A DNA stretch of 52,923 nucleotides from a virus. Taxonomy: Duplodnaviria; Caudoviricetes. The notes under the pieces are model-generated. The model was not told the DNA's origin. It saw only the letters and a list, made by a program, of their open reading frames with translations, and did no database searches. Each line of letters starts with the position of its first letter. The stretch's first letter is position 1. The stretch lies in the IMG/VR virus record IMGVR_UViG_3300037852_000044, positions 1 through 52,923 of that record. One strand, 5' to 3'. Shown piece after piece: positions 8,814 through 18,669 of the stretch. Both the position numbers and the translations under genes were made by a program.

Positions 8814-9764
8814 CTAGTTCTCGCTAGCGATCAGCGAATGATTGCGCCGCCAGTAGACGTCTTTGATTTGGCCGCCGAGTCCGGCGGATAGTGAGCAGCG
8901 TGGCACGCCGAGTCCGGTTAGCCACGGCTGGGGCGAGCTGTAGCCGTATTCGATCTGCGCGTTCGCGAGAAGCACCCCGACGCCACCGCCAGACGCGGCC
9001 TTGACCGCGACGCCAATGTAGGGCGCGTTCGCAGCCGTCCAGGTGGCAGCGGGCACATAGACAAAGAACCGTGCCCATGTCGTCGTGAGCGCGCACGCGG
9101 CCGTCAGGAACGAGACGCCGTCCCATCCGGCGGCGGCGAGTCCGAGTGCGTAGAGCGTCACGTTCGTCGTCGACGTCTGCGACCGCGCGTAGATCGACAC
9201 GACGGCAGGCTGATCAGTGAGATACGGCACCGCGTAGGTTGCCGACGGCACGAGGTTATTACCGCCGTTGTTCGTGCCCTCGAAGAGATAGTGCCCGTTC
9301 ACCGGGCTTGACCAGCGACCGACCGCTGAGCCGACGATCGGCGGCGTGAACGTCGAGTCAAGCACCAGCTGCGTGTCGGCGGCTGGGGCGTTCCAGACGG
9401 TGTTCGAGCCGTATCCGGCGTCGAATGTCGACGCGTCGAGGCTGAGCTGATTGCGCCACGCCGGATCGAGCAGACAGAACGGGCCGAGTCCGCGCGAGCC
9501 GGTGTAATAGGAGACGAGCGCCTCCGCGTCATCGGTCCGCATGTCCGTGTAGGGGATCGTATAGACGCGCTTCGTGCGCCGCCGCCGTGTGACTGTCGTG
9601 CCGCCGGTCGGCAACGCGTGCGCGACTTCACCGCGACCCATCTTCCCGTCATATCCGGCGTCGGGCAGTCGGAGCTTCGTCATCGAGCCCGGCTTGCCGA
9701 AGTAGATCGTCGAGAACGATCCCGACGGCGGGCCGATGACCGGAGTCGCGCAAGGAGCCGTCAT
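8814..9764 (-). CDS. Distal tail (Dit-like) protein with carbohydrate-binding-like insert
   Basis: Immediately after the tape measure; GPFCLLDPAWRN and ALTTTWARF motifs. Confidence 0.7.
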   Translation of the reverse strand: MTAPCATPVIGPPSGSFSTIYFGKPGSMTKLRLPDAGYDGKMGRGEVAHALPTGGTTVTRRRRTKRVYTIPYTDMRTDDAEALVSYYTGSRGLGPFCLLDPAWRNQLSLDASTFDAGYGSNTVWNAPAADTQLVLDSTFTPPIVGSAVGRWSSPVNGHYLFEGTNNGGNNLVPSATYAVPYLTDQPAVVSIYARSQTSTTNVTLYALGLAAAGWDGVSFLTAACALTTTWARFFVYVPAATWTAANAPYIGVAVKAASGGGVGVLLANAQIEYGYSSPQPWLTGLGVPRCSLSAGLGGQIKDVYWRRNHSLIASEN

Positions 9765-12631
9765 AGCCGCGCCAATCTCATGTCACCTTCGCTGACGATC
9801 CTCGCGAGCACTTGCCGATCAGCGAGCAGATAGACCGGACGGTTGTTGAACGATTCGAGGATCTCCATGATCTCATCCCGCGACATTCCCCCACCCTCAT
9901 GCCGCGCGCCCGGCGTGACCGCGCCGCCGGACGCGCCGGAGGCGAGCGCGCGCATCGAGTCCGCGTTATTGATCACTTCGACGTCCGGACCCATCTTGCG
10001 CATGATCTCAGCGCCGCGCTCGCCGACGACGAACGTTCCATCATCGACTTTGCCGCCCGCCGCGTAGAACTGGACGTTAGCGTTCTGCCCGGTCGCGGAC
10101 GGCCCGGAATGCACGACGCCGTTAGTCGTCACCGTTGCGGCGATGTAGACCTTCGCCTGCTTGCCGTCGAGGTTCATCAGATCCGTGTGCGCCTTGGTGA
10201 TCTCCGCGTCGGCGTTGCCGCTCGCGTTGATCGAGATATTCGTCGGGATCGACAGATCGTGAAGGGTGTTGTTGAGCGCCTGCGCTTTGCGGTCGAGACC
10301 GTCCGCGCTTGTGGTGCCGTCCTCGAATGCTTTGCGGAGACCCATGTATTTCGTCATCGTGTCATTCGAGACTTGCCCCGAGTCGTGCATGCGCTGCATC
10401 AGCGATTGGAACGCCGAGTCGTTGCCGGTGATGCCGCGCGTGAGATCGTCGAGGTTGATCCCGGCCTTCGCCGCGCTGTCGGCTATGCCCTGCTGCTGCA
10501 ACGATGTCGCGGCGAGCGTGATCGTGTTCGTGCCCAGCACGTTGTTGTCGGCGGTGATCGCATCCGAGAACGTCTTCGCCGCTTTCGTGTTGTCACCGAA
10601 CATCGAGTTGATGTTCTGAAGGTTCTTCCACCGCCCGGCTTCGCCGTCGAACTTGTTGATCACGACACCGAGACCGACGACGGCAGCAGTGATAGCGAGC
10701 ACCGGCCCGGCTCCGGCGAGCAGCCCCTTCGCCGCGCCGCCCGCTCCGGCACCAGCTCCGGCACCGGCTGCTGCGACTTGCTGCGCGGCCGCCTCATCGG
10801 CAGCCGCGCCCACCGCCGCATAGGACGCGACTTCCTTCGCCGCCGCCGCCGCCGACGCGGCCGCGCCCTCTTCCTCAGCCGTGATAGCGATCGCCTCGGC
10901 CGCCTGAACCGTCGCGGCGGTGCCTTCAGCGGCAGTGGCGACGGTAGCTGACGCGGCGACGTGCTCAGACGCCGCGAGTGTCGAACCGGCCGCGCCCTCA
11001 TCCTCGGCGGCTCCTGCCGTCGCTTCGGCCGTGACGATCGTCGAAGAGGCCGTCTCCGCAGACGTTGCAGTCGATTCCAGCGCGAGATTCTGCCGAGTAG
11101 CCGCCGCCTCCGACGTCGCCGCGAGATCAGTCTCGGCCGTGGCAGTCGTGCTCAGCGCGGTAGCCGTCTTCGTCGCGGTCGCCTCGCGCGCGGTACTGAT
11201 CGCACCCTGATTCGCGACCTCAGCGTCGGCGGTCGCCTTTTGGGTGATACCGAGCGCGTTCGTGATCGTCTGCACGGCCTTGACCGCTTGCGTGTAGGCA
11301 TCGTGGATGCCCTTGCCGACCCGCACGACTTCCTGATACGCGCCAAGCGCCGTCTTCGCGACGAGAAACCCGGCAGCGAGCACGCCGACGGCGATCGCGA
11401 GCGGTTCGATCCAGTCCTTGTTCTGATTGATCCAGTGACCGAACTCCTGTATCGCCGGAACGACATCACGCGTCACGACGCCCGCGACACTGGCGAGCAC
11501 CGGCAGGAGGAACTGGCCGAGCTTCGCTTCCAGATTGCTGACTTCGGCGGTGAGCACCCGCTTCTCTTGCGCGAGCGTGTGGCTGGTAGCCGAGACCGCG
11601 TTCTCTTGATTCTTTGTCCCGTCGAGGATCGCGTAATAGCTCGCCTGCGCCTTCTGGCTCGCCGTCAGCACCGGCAACTTGCCACCCATCGCCGCCTGTA
11701 GGTTCTGCTCGGCCTTCGCGAGCGCGTCGGTCGCCGCCTTCTTTTGCGCATCCGTCGCGGCAGCCGATTGATTGACCTTTTGCGCGGCAGCGGTCGCCTT
11801 GGTCACCGCATCCTGGGCGAGCGCGACTTTCGTCTGATCAACGTTCATATCAATGATGTGATGCTTCAGCGCCTCGGCGGCGACGGTCGTCGCGTCCATG
11901 TTGATACCGAGCGCCATGAGCGCCTTGCCGCGCCCGCGCATCGCGGCGGTGAACGCGTCCTGCACGCTCTGCGGGTCAGCGTTGTTGAACTTCGCGACGT
12001 TGATCGCGAGGACGTCCATCTTCTCGGCCATTTGCGCGGCTTGCGGCTGCGCGATGCCCATCGCGTGAAACATCTGGCCGAACTTGCCAGCCGTCTGCTC
12101 CGCTTCGATCTGTGACTGGCCGAGCGTCTGCGCGAGCCCACCGGCCCACTTCTCGACGCTCTTCGCTGACTCGCCGAACGCGCCTTCGATCTTGATGTTC
12201 GCGCCTTCGAGCTGATCGGCTGCCTCGACGGATTTCTTTGCGACTTCCGCGACGCCGATCGCGCCGACCCCGGCGAAGATCGATGCGCCGAGACCGTGCA
12301 TCGTCTCCTTGGCTTTGGTCTCAAAGGCCGACCCGGCTTCGCGCCCGGCAGCGCCGAACTCGACCTTCGCGGTCTCCGCAGCTCGCGCGCCGCCCTCCGC
12401 GACGGCCGCCTGCGAACCGGCGACGATCCGTGTCGTCGCGCCCTGGCTGAATGCGGTCCCGGCTCCGCTTCCGGCCTCACCGAAGCGAGCCTCGATACCG
12501 ACGAGCTTCTCATCGACGATCGCTTTGACGGCGTCGAGACTGCCCTTCATCTCGGTCTCGACGCGGTCAGCGAACGCCGCGAGGTCGCCGGTTATCTCGA
12601 TGCGGGCAGCGCCGACGAGAGCCGAGGTCAC
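9761..12631 (-). CDS. Tape measure protein
   Basis: 956 aa, Ala-rich helical protein following the tail chaperone; VGAARIEI start and YAAGG...VVGERGAE C-terminal motif. Confidence 0.92.
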   Translation of the reverse strand: MTSALVGAARIEITGDLAAFADRVETEMKGSLDAVKAIVDEKLVGIEARFGEAGSGAGTAFSQGATTRIVAGSQAAVAEGGARAAETAKVEFGAAGREAGSAFETKAKETMHGLGASIFAGVGAIGVAEVAKKSVEAADQLEGANIKIEGAFGESAKSVEKWAGGLAQTLGQSQIEAEQTAGKFGQMFHAMGIAQPQAAQMAEKMDVLAINVAKFNNADPQSVQDAFTAAMRGRGKALMALGINMDATTVAAEALKHHIIDMNVDQTKVALAQDAVTKATAAAQKVNQSAAATDAQKKAATDALAKAEQNLQAAMGGKLPVLTASQKAQASYYAILDGTKNQENAVSATSHTLAQEKRVLTAEVSNLEAKLGQFLLPVLASVAGVVTRDVVPAIQEFGHWINQNKDWIEPLAIAVGVLAAGFLVAKTALGAYQEVVRVGKGIHDAYTQAVKAVQTITNALGITQKATADAEVANQGAISTAREATATKTATALSTTATAETDLAATSEAAATRQNLALESTATSAETASSTIVTAEATAGAAEDEGAAGSTLAASEHVAASATVATAAEGTAATVQAAEAIAITAEEEGAAASAAAAAKEVASYAAVGAAADEAAAQQVAAAGAGAGAGAGGAAKGLLAGAGPVLAITAAVVGLGVVINKFDGEAGRWKNLQNINSMFGDNTKAAKTFSDAITADNNVLGTNTITLAATSLQQQGIADSAAKAGINLDDLTRGITGNDSAFQSLMQRMHDSGQVSNDTMTKYMGLRKAFEDGTTSADGLDRKAQALNNTLHDLSIPTNISINASGNADAEITKAHTDLMNLDGKQAKVYIAATVTTNGVVHSGPSATGQNANVQFYAAGGKVDDGTFVVGERGAEIMRKMGPDVEVINNADSMRALASGASGGAVTPGARHEGGGMSRDEIMEILESFNNRPVYLLADRQVLARIVSEGDMRLARL

Positions 12632-12637
12632 GGGCTC

Positions 12638-12657
12638 AGTCTCCCGATTACGGTCCA
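12638..12657 (-). promoter_or_regulatory. Late-promoter motif, leaderless start of the tape measure gene
   Basis: TGGACC-N8-GAGACT-N6-GTG; no SD. Confidence 0.6.
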
Positions 12658-12658
12658 G

Positions 12659-13087
12659 TTAGCTGCTGCGCATTGACCGCATCATCTCTTCAAGCAGCAC
12701 GTCATTCCGCCATTCGACGCCGCCCTCATCCGGCCGCCCGCCGCTCGCGATGATGCTGAGATCATCGAGTGCTTGATCCGCAGTGAGGGTCAGCGCACGC
12801 AAGATCCGCGCGGCGACTCCGGCCTTGTCGGTGATGTCGATCTGCGGCTCTGAGCGTCGCGGGTGAACACTGTCGGCATATTCGCGGTATTGATGCTCCG
12901 CGAGCTGGTTGCCGTTGCGTGCGAGCCGCTCGAATCCGGCGACAATCCAGTCGTCGCAGATCGCTAGGAAGAGGCTGCCCGTCGTTTCCCAGATGTCTTT
13001 GCCGGTCGAGAGCGCGTAGCGACCACGGAGGCGACTGAGTCCGAACTGCGCTGCTCCGGCAACTGTGCGGGCAGCGCACCAGTAGGG
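12659..13087 (-). CDS. -1 frameshift extension of the tail assembly chaperone (gpGT-like)
   Basis: Open -1 frame PYWCAART...MRSS* from 13087 to TAA 12659, with no plausible 5' start codon; entered at CGC CCT A. Confidence 0.75.
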   Translation of the reverse strand, partial: PYWCAARTVAGAAQFGLSRLRGRYALSTGKDIWETTGSLFLAICDDWIVAGFERLARNGNQLAEHQYREYADSVHPRRSEPQIDITDKAGVAARILRALTLTADQALDDLSIIASGGRPDEGGVEWRNDVLLEEMMRSMRSS

Positions 13088-13518
13088 CGGTCGGGGAACG
13101 CCTTGTCGGCCAGCGCGCGAACGATCGGCATGAGATCGGTCAGATCGAAACCGTCCGTAGTGTCATTGAGCCGCTCATAGATCCGGTCGCGGCCGCGCAG
13201 TTGCCCGGCCTTCGGGTTGAGCCGCTTGCCCGCCGCGTCGAGGAACGGCGGCTCAGGAAGCTCCTTCTCGATGTAGTCGATGAGATTCAGCAGCAGCCGC
13301 GCTAGGTTCGTGCCGACGGTGACCGAGCTGCGGTTTAGCTCCGGCGCTTCGACGAGTTGGATCATGCCGATCATCATCGACAGCTTCGGCCGGAGCAGCG
13401 CATAGCAATCGCCGTCGAGCTTGAACGGGATGCGGTCGGTGTTCTGTAGCCCGCGAGCTGATGTGAACTCGGGGATCGGTTCGTCTTGCGGCTCGACGTT
13501 CGCTGCGGCGGCGGTCAT
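12964..13518 (-). CDS. Tail assembly chaperone (gpG-like)
   Basis: Position before the tape measure; IPFKLDG motif; RPT followed by a low-complexity tail. Confidence 0.8.
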   Translation of the reverse strand: MTAAAANVEPQDEPIPEFTSARGLQNTDRIPFKLDGDCYALLRPKLSMMIGMIQLVEAPELNRSSVTVGTNLARLLLNLIDYIEKELPEPPFLDAAGKRLNPKAGQLRGRDRIYERLNDTTDGFDLTDLMPIVRALADKAFPDRPTGALPAQLPEQRSSDSVASVVATRSRPAKTSGKRRAASS

Positions 13519-13544
13519 CGAGACTCCTTCCGTTTGAGAGAGGG

Positions 13545-13979
13545 TCAGGCTACCCCGGCGGCGAGACCGCCGCCGAGTTCACGGATCATCGCTTCAAGCA
13601 GGAACGGGCGCGGCCGCGTGCCGGGGTGATGCACGACGGCGCGGAACACCGGCTGGCCGTCATGACCGGGGAATCTCAGCACCGTCGCGTTGCGTGCGCT
13701 GATCTCGTGCGGGCGGGTGCCGTCGTGAACGTAACGCGCGTAGCTCGCGCGGTTCTCTAACGTGCCGCGCACGATCATCCCGGCGCTCTCGATGCGTGAG
13801 AACTGCGACGAGCGGAGATTGCCGGTGCGGACTTTCACCATCCCGCCGGAAAGGTTCTGCTTCGCCCGCGCGTCGATGCGCGCGAGCAGAGAGATCCATG
13901 TTCGGTGAATCGGCTGACCGGGGCTGGCGAGTCCGGCGATCTGCCCCCGGTCGACCGTGAACCGCAGGACGCTAGCCAC
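13545..13979 (-). CDS. HK97 gp10-like neck / tail completion protein
   Basis: VRTGNLRSS, YARYVHDGTRPH and HPGTRPRPFL motifs. Confidence 0.85.
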   Translation of the reverse strand: MASVLRFTVDRGQIAGLASPGQPIHRTWISLLARIDARAKQNLSGGMVKVRTGNLRSSQFSRIESAGMIVRGTLENRASYARYVHDGTRPHEISARNATVLRFPGHDGQPVFRAVVHHPGTRPRPFLLEAMIRELGGGLAAGVA

Positions 13980-14178
13980 GGCTTCGCGCGGTGCTCCGGC
14001 TCTTCGTCTCGTCCTGCTCGGTGTCCTCGGCGGCTGGCTCGTCGGTGTCGACTTCGACTGCCCAGCCGTTGTCGATGACGTTCTGCAAATATTCGGTGCG
14101 CTCGACGTCGAGCCGGTCGCCCTTCTCGCCGAGACCGTGCACCGAGTAGGTCAGCTCGATCACCTTGTGCTTCGCCAT
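13972..14178 (-). CDS. Small hypothetical virion-region protein
   Basis: 68 aa; leaderless late promoter upstream. Confidence 0.65.
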   Translation of the reverse strand: MAKHKVIELTYSVHGLGEKGDRLDVERTEYLQNVIDNGWAVEVDTDEPAAEDTEQDETKSRSTARSRG

Positions 14179-14184
14179 GCCGAC

Positions 14185-14204
14185 AGTATTCCCTTCACAG
14201 TCCA
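14185..14204 (-). promoter_or_regulatory. Late-promoter motif, leaderless
   Basis: TGGACT-N8-AATACT-N6-ATG. Confidence 0.6.
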
Positions 14205-14737
14205 GTGACCGAGAGCCCCGGTGTGATGACGGTCGCGGCGATGACGCCGCCGGACCATGCCCCGTCGGGGCCGATCGGCGTCCACGGGGAGAGCCACAGA
14301 CCGAGCGCGCACGGTTTCACCGCTGCTGGGAAATAATTCGACATGCCGTCGAGCAGCGTCATCCGATAGTTGGAGTCACGTGTCGCGATCGCCGTCTCAT
14401 ACTCGAAGTCGACGGCGCTGCCCTCTTCATCGACGACTTCACGGCACCATATGATCCCGGCGTCGACGGTGATCGCCCACGCGGGGATCGAGAAGTCGAT
14501 GCGCGCTTCGGCGAGTGCTTTGCCGTCGCCGTTCGTCGGGTAGACATTCGAGATCCGCGCCCACAGCAGCCCCTCGCACGGGTCTTGGACGATCGTGCCC
14601 GAGCCGTGGATCGTATAGATGTGCTTGGGTCGAGTGAGCTTCGCGGCGTCGATCGCGGCCGCGATAGCGACTAGAGCTTCACCGGCAAGCCAGTCGCCGA
14701 CATCGGAGTATGGCGTCGCTGGCTGCGGCCCGGTCAC
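14195..14737 (-). CDS. Head-tail connector / tail terminator-like protein
   Basis: DPCEGLLWAR and PIGPDGAWSGG motifs resemble actinophage neck proteins; synteny. Confidence 0.6.
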   Translation of the reverse strand: MTGPQPATPYSDVGDWLAGEALVAIAAAIDAAKLTRPKHIYTIHGSGTIVQDPCEGLLWARISNVYPTNGDGKALAEARIDFSIPAWAITVDAGIIWCREVVDEEGSAVDFEYETAIATRDSNYRMTLLDGMSNYFPAAVKPCALGLWLSPWTPIGPDGAWSGGVIAATVITPGLSVTGL

Positions 14738-15117
14738 GAGTCAGCCCGAACGATGATCTTGCAATGCTTGCGGATGACCGACTCAGGCGAGTCGCCGACT
14801 TGACTCCACAGCCAATAGATGTTGTCGGGAGGCTTGAACACGACGCCGACCATCATCTGCACGACGCGCTGGTTCATCACGCCCTTAGCCGCTCCGGCGG
14901 CGTCTTGCGTCGCGTGATCGACGTCCGGCGTGCGCCACGCGCCCGGCGCGCTCGACGTGCCGAGCGAGAGTTTGATCGTGTCGGCGCTGATGTCCTTCGG
15001 CCCGTTGAACGGCGCGATCGGCAGCGACTCTTCACTGATCGTCAGCGGCCAGGTGTACTCCCAGCCTCCCGAGGCCGTGCGAATGTCGATGAGCTGCGGT
15101 TCCTTCTTTACGAGCAT
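14734..15117 (-). CDS. Hypothetical virion protein (beta-rich; possible fibre adaptor)
   Basis: Follows the fibre gene; YWLWSQVGDSPE motif. Confidence 0.6.
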   Translation of the reverse strand: MLVKKEPQLIDIRTASGGWEYTWPLTISEESLPIAPFNGPKDISADTIKLSLGTSSAPGAWRTPDVDHATQDAAGAAKGVMNQRVVQMMVGVVFKPPDNIYWLWSQVGDSPESVIRKHCKIIVRADS

Positions 15118-17735
15118 GGTTGCTCCCCGAGAGATCCCTGCCAGCGGTCCGCGCTACAGGTCGCTTTCCAGCGGTCCGTTCCGACGGTCGATGCCCAGCG
15201 GTCGGTTCCGATTGTGTAGCACAGCCGCACATCGCGTAGGACTCGCGACGCGATGCCGGACGCCGCGAGGTCGATGTGCGCGTTCGCGATGCTCCGGGCG
15301 GCTCCGGCGGCGAGCAGCGCGAGCTGACCGAGCGCCTGCTGCGATGTTGTGCCGGTCGCGGTGAAGCTGATCTGCCCTAGCGCGGATTGTGCGCTCATAC
15401 CGGCGGCGAGCAGCGCGAGCTGACCGAGGCCGGTGCCGGTCGCGGTCCCGGTGACGCTTGCCGTGAAGCTGATCTGAGCGCTGCCGGTGCCCTTGCCGAC
15501 CGGCACACCCGAGCCGTTCAGAGATAGCGCGGCCGCGCCGACACCTTGGCTGATCGGCGTACCGGCGGCCGCGAGGCTCAATACCCCGGCGGCACTGCTC
15601 GCGCCAGATACCCCTGATGATGCAAATGTGAGAGCGGCCGACGCCGACTGTGCGCTCGTTCCGCTCGCACCGAGCGCGACCGCCGCCGAGCCGGTCGTTG
15701 AGCCGGAGCCTGCTGAGGCGAGATTGATGCTCGCGCTCGCTGCTGATATTGCGAGCCCGGAAGCGCCGAGCGTGAGAGCGGCAGCGGCCGACCCCACCGC
15801 TTGCGGCGTCCCGGCCGCCGAGACAGCGATCGCCGCCGAGCCGATGTTCTGCGCGGCAGTACCGGCGGCGGCGAGCGCGACCGCTGCCGCGCCAGTCGTG
15901 CCGCCAGAACCGGCCGCGCCGAGCGTCAGCGCCCCGCTGGCGGCCGTTCCGCCCTGTCCGCTGCCGGATAGTTGCACGGTGGCAGCGGCGCTCGTAGAAC
16001 CGCTTCCTGCGGCCGCGAGTGCGACGGCGGCAGATCCCGTCGTCGAACCGCTCCCGGCGGCCGCGAGGACGACTGCTGCGGAGCCGGTCGTCCCTCCGGA
16101 CCCGGCCGCCGCCAGGGTGAGAGCGGCGGCGGCGTTCGTCCCCCCTACGCCGGATGCCGCGAGAGCGATGCTCGCTGCCGCCGTCCCCTGTCCCGATCCG
16201 GCACCGGAGGCTCCCAGCGTCAATTGAGCCGTGCCAGCCGTTCCGCCAGCCCCGGTCACGGTTAGGGCGATAGCGGCCGTCCCAGCGGTTCCGCCTTGCG
16301 CCGTCTCGCCGAACGCGATCGCTGCCGAACCTGCCGTGCCCCCAGTTGCGGTCGTCGACAGGGCAATCGCGGCGCTCGCGCTCGTGCTACCGACACCGGA
16401 CGCGGACAAACTGAGCGCCGCCGTCGCCGTATTCGCCGCCGGAGGCCCGAACGCGATCGACAAGATCAGGAACCCGGAACCACCGAGAGAGTTCGTCGCA
16501 CTGAATGTGTGCGTGATCGACGTGCTCGACGCGGCGACTTGTTCATCAGCAACCCAGCACGTACTCGCCGAGCCGATGTGCTGCTCTTGGATCGCGCCGC
16601 CGCCGAACGACGGCGCGGTGAACGATGCGCGGCCGACGACGCCCGTGACGACGTACATATTCGGTTCATCAGTGACGATCGTGTTGCTCGGCAACGATGA
16701 CGGCGTCCCAGTGGACTGGCTGCCGCCCGCGACGGTGAACGGCAGCGAAGCAGGCAAGTCCGGAATGCTCGCTGTGTCGACGTTCGCGACCTCGAAGACG
16801 ATCCAACTGATCGTGCCCGCCGAGAGCGTCAGCGCCGGGCCACTCGTGCCGCCGGACACATCATCAGCATCGACGAGTTTGACGAAGACGCCGCCGTTGC
16901 CGGAGTTCGTGCCGTTCGGTACCCCGGGCGGCGTGTTGCAGTCGATCCAGTCTGTGTCCGCGATCGTGCATGTCGGCGGCGTTGCCGAGCCCCGGCTCAT
17001 ACCCCAGAACAAGACGAGGACATTGCCGAGCGTCGGCGTCTGACCGTAGGTGACCGAGCTAGCGGTGCCCGTCGTGAATGAACTGATATTGATCGGCCCG
17101 AGCTGCGGGATGAGCGCGACCGTGATGAGGTTCGCCGATTTGTTGTCGATCAGCGACACGGCCGGAGCGATAGTCCCGGCGGGCGTCTGCACATATGAGG
17201 CGTCGCCTGCCGTGCAAGTGCTCGTCGTGTTGTCTGTATCGCGGACCGCCGAGCCTGACCATGTCGCGTTGCCGGGACTCGCCGTGTTCAACATTCCGTA
17301 AAAGCAGTAGACGAGGTCCTTGTCGGCGATCGTCGTGCCAGAGCCGGTGAGCGTCGGCGACGCGCCGATCGAGCCGGTGCCGTTCGTGACGTCGATGTTG
17401 ACCGTCGGGTCTTGGTAGCCGTTCCACTCCGTTGTGAACGCTTGACTTACGCCCGCTGAGACGGTGAATGACGGCGCGGTCGTCGAGTCGCCGGTCAGGA
17501 ATCGCCGTGCGAAGAGCCAGACGGTGCAGCGGCCGGTGCCGTTGTTATGCGAGGTCGGGCCGCCGATGATCGCCCAGCCCGCCGGTGTCGTGCAGGTCGG
17601 CGTGACGCTGGCGTTGTTCGTGACGGCGACGCCGATCATCGTCACGTTGCCGGTCGTCGGCGTCTGTGGATAGACCGCCGTGAGAGTGGTGGTCGATGAA
17701 GTCGCTACGTTGGTCGAGCCAACCTGGCCCGCCAC
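15108..17735 (-). CDS. Fibre/appendage protein: two N-terminal beta domains plus a ~16-aa Ala/Gly/Ser repeat stalk
   Basis: TPTTGNV/TPTLGNV duplicated domains; repeats such as GSAAVALAAAGSGSTT across about 15240-16430. Confidence 0.75.
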   Translation of the reverse strand: MAGQVGSTNVATSSTTTLTAVYPQTPTTGNVTMIGVAVTNNASVTPTCTTPAGWAIIGGPTSHNNGTGRCTVWLFARRFLTGDSTTAPSFTVSAGVSQAFTTEWNGYQDPTVNIDVTNGTGSIGASPTLTGSGTTIADKDLVYCFYGMLNTASPGNATWSGSAVRDTDNTTSTCTAGDASYVQTPAGTIAPAVSLIDNKSANLITVALIPQLGPINISSFTTGTASSVTYGQTPTLGNVLVLFWGMSRGSATPPTCTIADTDWIDCNTPPGVPNGTNSGNGGVFVKLVDADDVSGGTSGPALTLSAGTISWIVFEVANVDTASIPDLPASLPFTVAGGSQSTGTPSSLPSNTIVTDEPNMYVVTGVVGRASFTAPSFGGGAIQEQHIGSASTCWVADEQVAASSTSITHTFSATNSLGGSGFLILSIAFGPPAANTATAALSLSASGVGSTSASAAIALSTTATGGTAGSAAIAFGETAQGGTAGTAAIALTVTGAGGTAGTAQLTLGASGAGSGQGTAAASIALAASGVGGTNAAAALTLAAAGSGGTTGSAAVVLAAAGSGSTTGSAAVALAAAGSGSTSAAATVQLSGSGQGGTAASGALTLGAAGSGGTTGAAAVALAAAGTAAQNIGSAAIAVSAAGTPQAVGSAAAALTLGASGLAISAASASINLASAGSGSTTGSAAVALGASGTSAQSASAALTFASSGVSGASSAAGVLSLAAAGTPISQGVGAAALSLNGSGVPVGKGTGSAQISFTASVTGTATGTGLGQLALLAAGMSAQSALGQISFTATGTTSQQALGQLALLAAGAARSIANAHIDLAASGIASRVLRDVRLCYTIGTDRWASTVGTDRWKATCSADRWQGSLGEQPCS

Positions 17736-17739
17736 AGGG

Positions 17740-18111
17740 TCAGCTCACTGAGAGCGTGAGCGATCCTGGCGCGAACGCGATGCTCGTCGACGTGATCGAC
17801 GCGGTCAGGTTCCCGCCGAGCGCATAGGTGCCGCCCGCATAGGTCGCCGATGACCACGTACCGAACGCGGTGACCGCGACTGTGCCGCCCGTGGTGAACG
17901 TCAAGCTCGTCGAGTTCGTCTTCGACCCGGCGCTGGCCGCGTTCCACGAGCACGCCAGACGCGCATACGAACCGGAGTTCGCGTTCTCGCTCGCACCAGT
18001 CGTGCCCGGCGACGCGGTATGCAGCGACACGTCGGGGATGACGTTCGTGCTGCCGGTGCCGTCGAGGCCGTTCAGCGCCGCATTCTCAGCGGTCGCGCTC
18101 GCATTAGCCAT
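17740..18111 (-). CDS. Small virion structural protein
   Basis: VSLHTASPGTTGASE...YAR motif, common in phage structural modules. Confidence 0.75.
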   Translation of the reverse strand: MANASATAENAALNGLDGTGSTNVIPDVSLHTASPGTTGASENANSGSYARLACSWNAASAGSKTNSTSLTFTTGGTVAVTAFGTWSSATYAGGTYALGGNLTASITSTSIAFAPGSLTLSVS

Positions 18112-18580
18112 TAGAAGCCTGCTCCGCTAGTAGGGCGTGAACTTCTGCATGCTTCGCGTGGATCTGCGCAACGAATGCGTCGTGCTCCGGCGTGCCGATC
18201 AGATGATCATGCCCGAGCCGGGTGAGGGAGTCGTTGTAGGCATCGGCGACCTCGTCGACGCTGCGGCCGACGTCGCCGCAGACTGGGGTGCAGATATGCA
18301 CGAACGGTTCGCCTAGCGCGCCGTCAGGACCGTCGTCGCTGTGATTCGGGTGGCCCTCTTGCTCATAGCGGACGCCGATCAGATGCATGACTTCGCCGAG
18401 ATGCGCGTTCGGCACGCAGATCACATCTTCGCCGACGTTATAGCTCGTGCCGTCGCCGGTCGTCACGCGCCCATAGATCGGGCCGGTCGCGACAGCAGTC
18501 TCGCTGGGAGTGCCGTCATGCACGAACGCGGTGCGCGTCGTGCCGTCCGCGAGGGTGTCAACCTGCTTGCTGAGGCCCAT
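18104..18580 (-). CDS. Hypothetical His-rich protein
   Basis: Start at 18580 with SD AGGAG; shares its 5'-UTR with the capsid gene. Confidence 0.7.
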   Translation of the reverse strand: MGLSKQVDTLADGTTRTAFVHDGTPSETAVATGPIYGRVTTGDGTSYNVGEDVICVPNAHLGEVMHLIGVRYEQEGHPNHSDDGPDGALGEPFVHICTPVCGDVGRSVDEVADAYNDSLTRLGHDHLIGTPEHDAFVAQIHAKHAEVHALLAEQASNG

Positions 18581-18584
18581 GAAC

Positions 18585-18669
18585 GCTCCTACGGTCGGCA
18601 TTCGCGATCTTCTCTGCCCGGCCCGTAGCCAGCGGCGTGCTTACTCGGAATGTTATGGCTTACGGTCTA
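18585..18669 (-). promoter_or_regulatory. Late promoter plus conserved 5'-UTR element
   Basis: TAGACC-N8-TAACAT (18650-18669); 27 bp at 18611-18637 identical to 24030-24056; 14 bp at 18585-18598 identical to 24009-24022. Confidence 0.7.

Noticed and set aside
10700-11250. Ala/Thr/Glu low-complexity segment as a separate repeat element
   Set aside because: It is an in-frame part of the tape measure protein, where such composition is ordinary.
15240-16430. CRISPR array or non-coding tandem repeat
   Set aside because: The periodicity is at the protein level within an open frame; there are no identical repeats separated by unique spacers.
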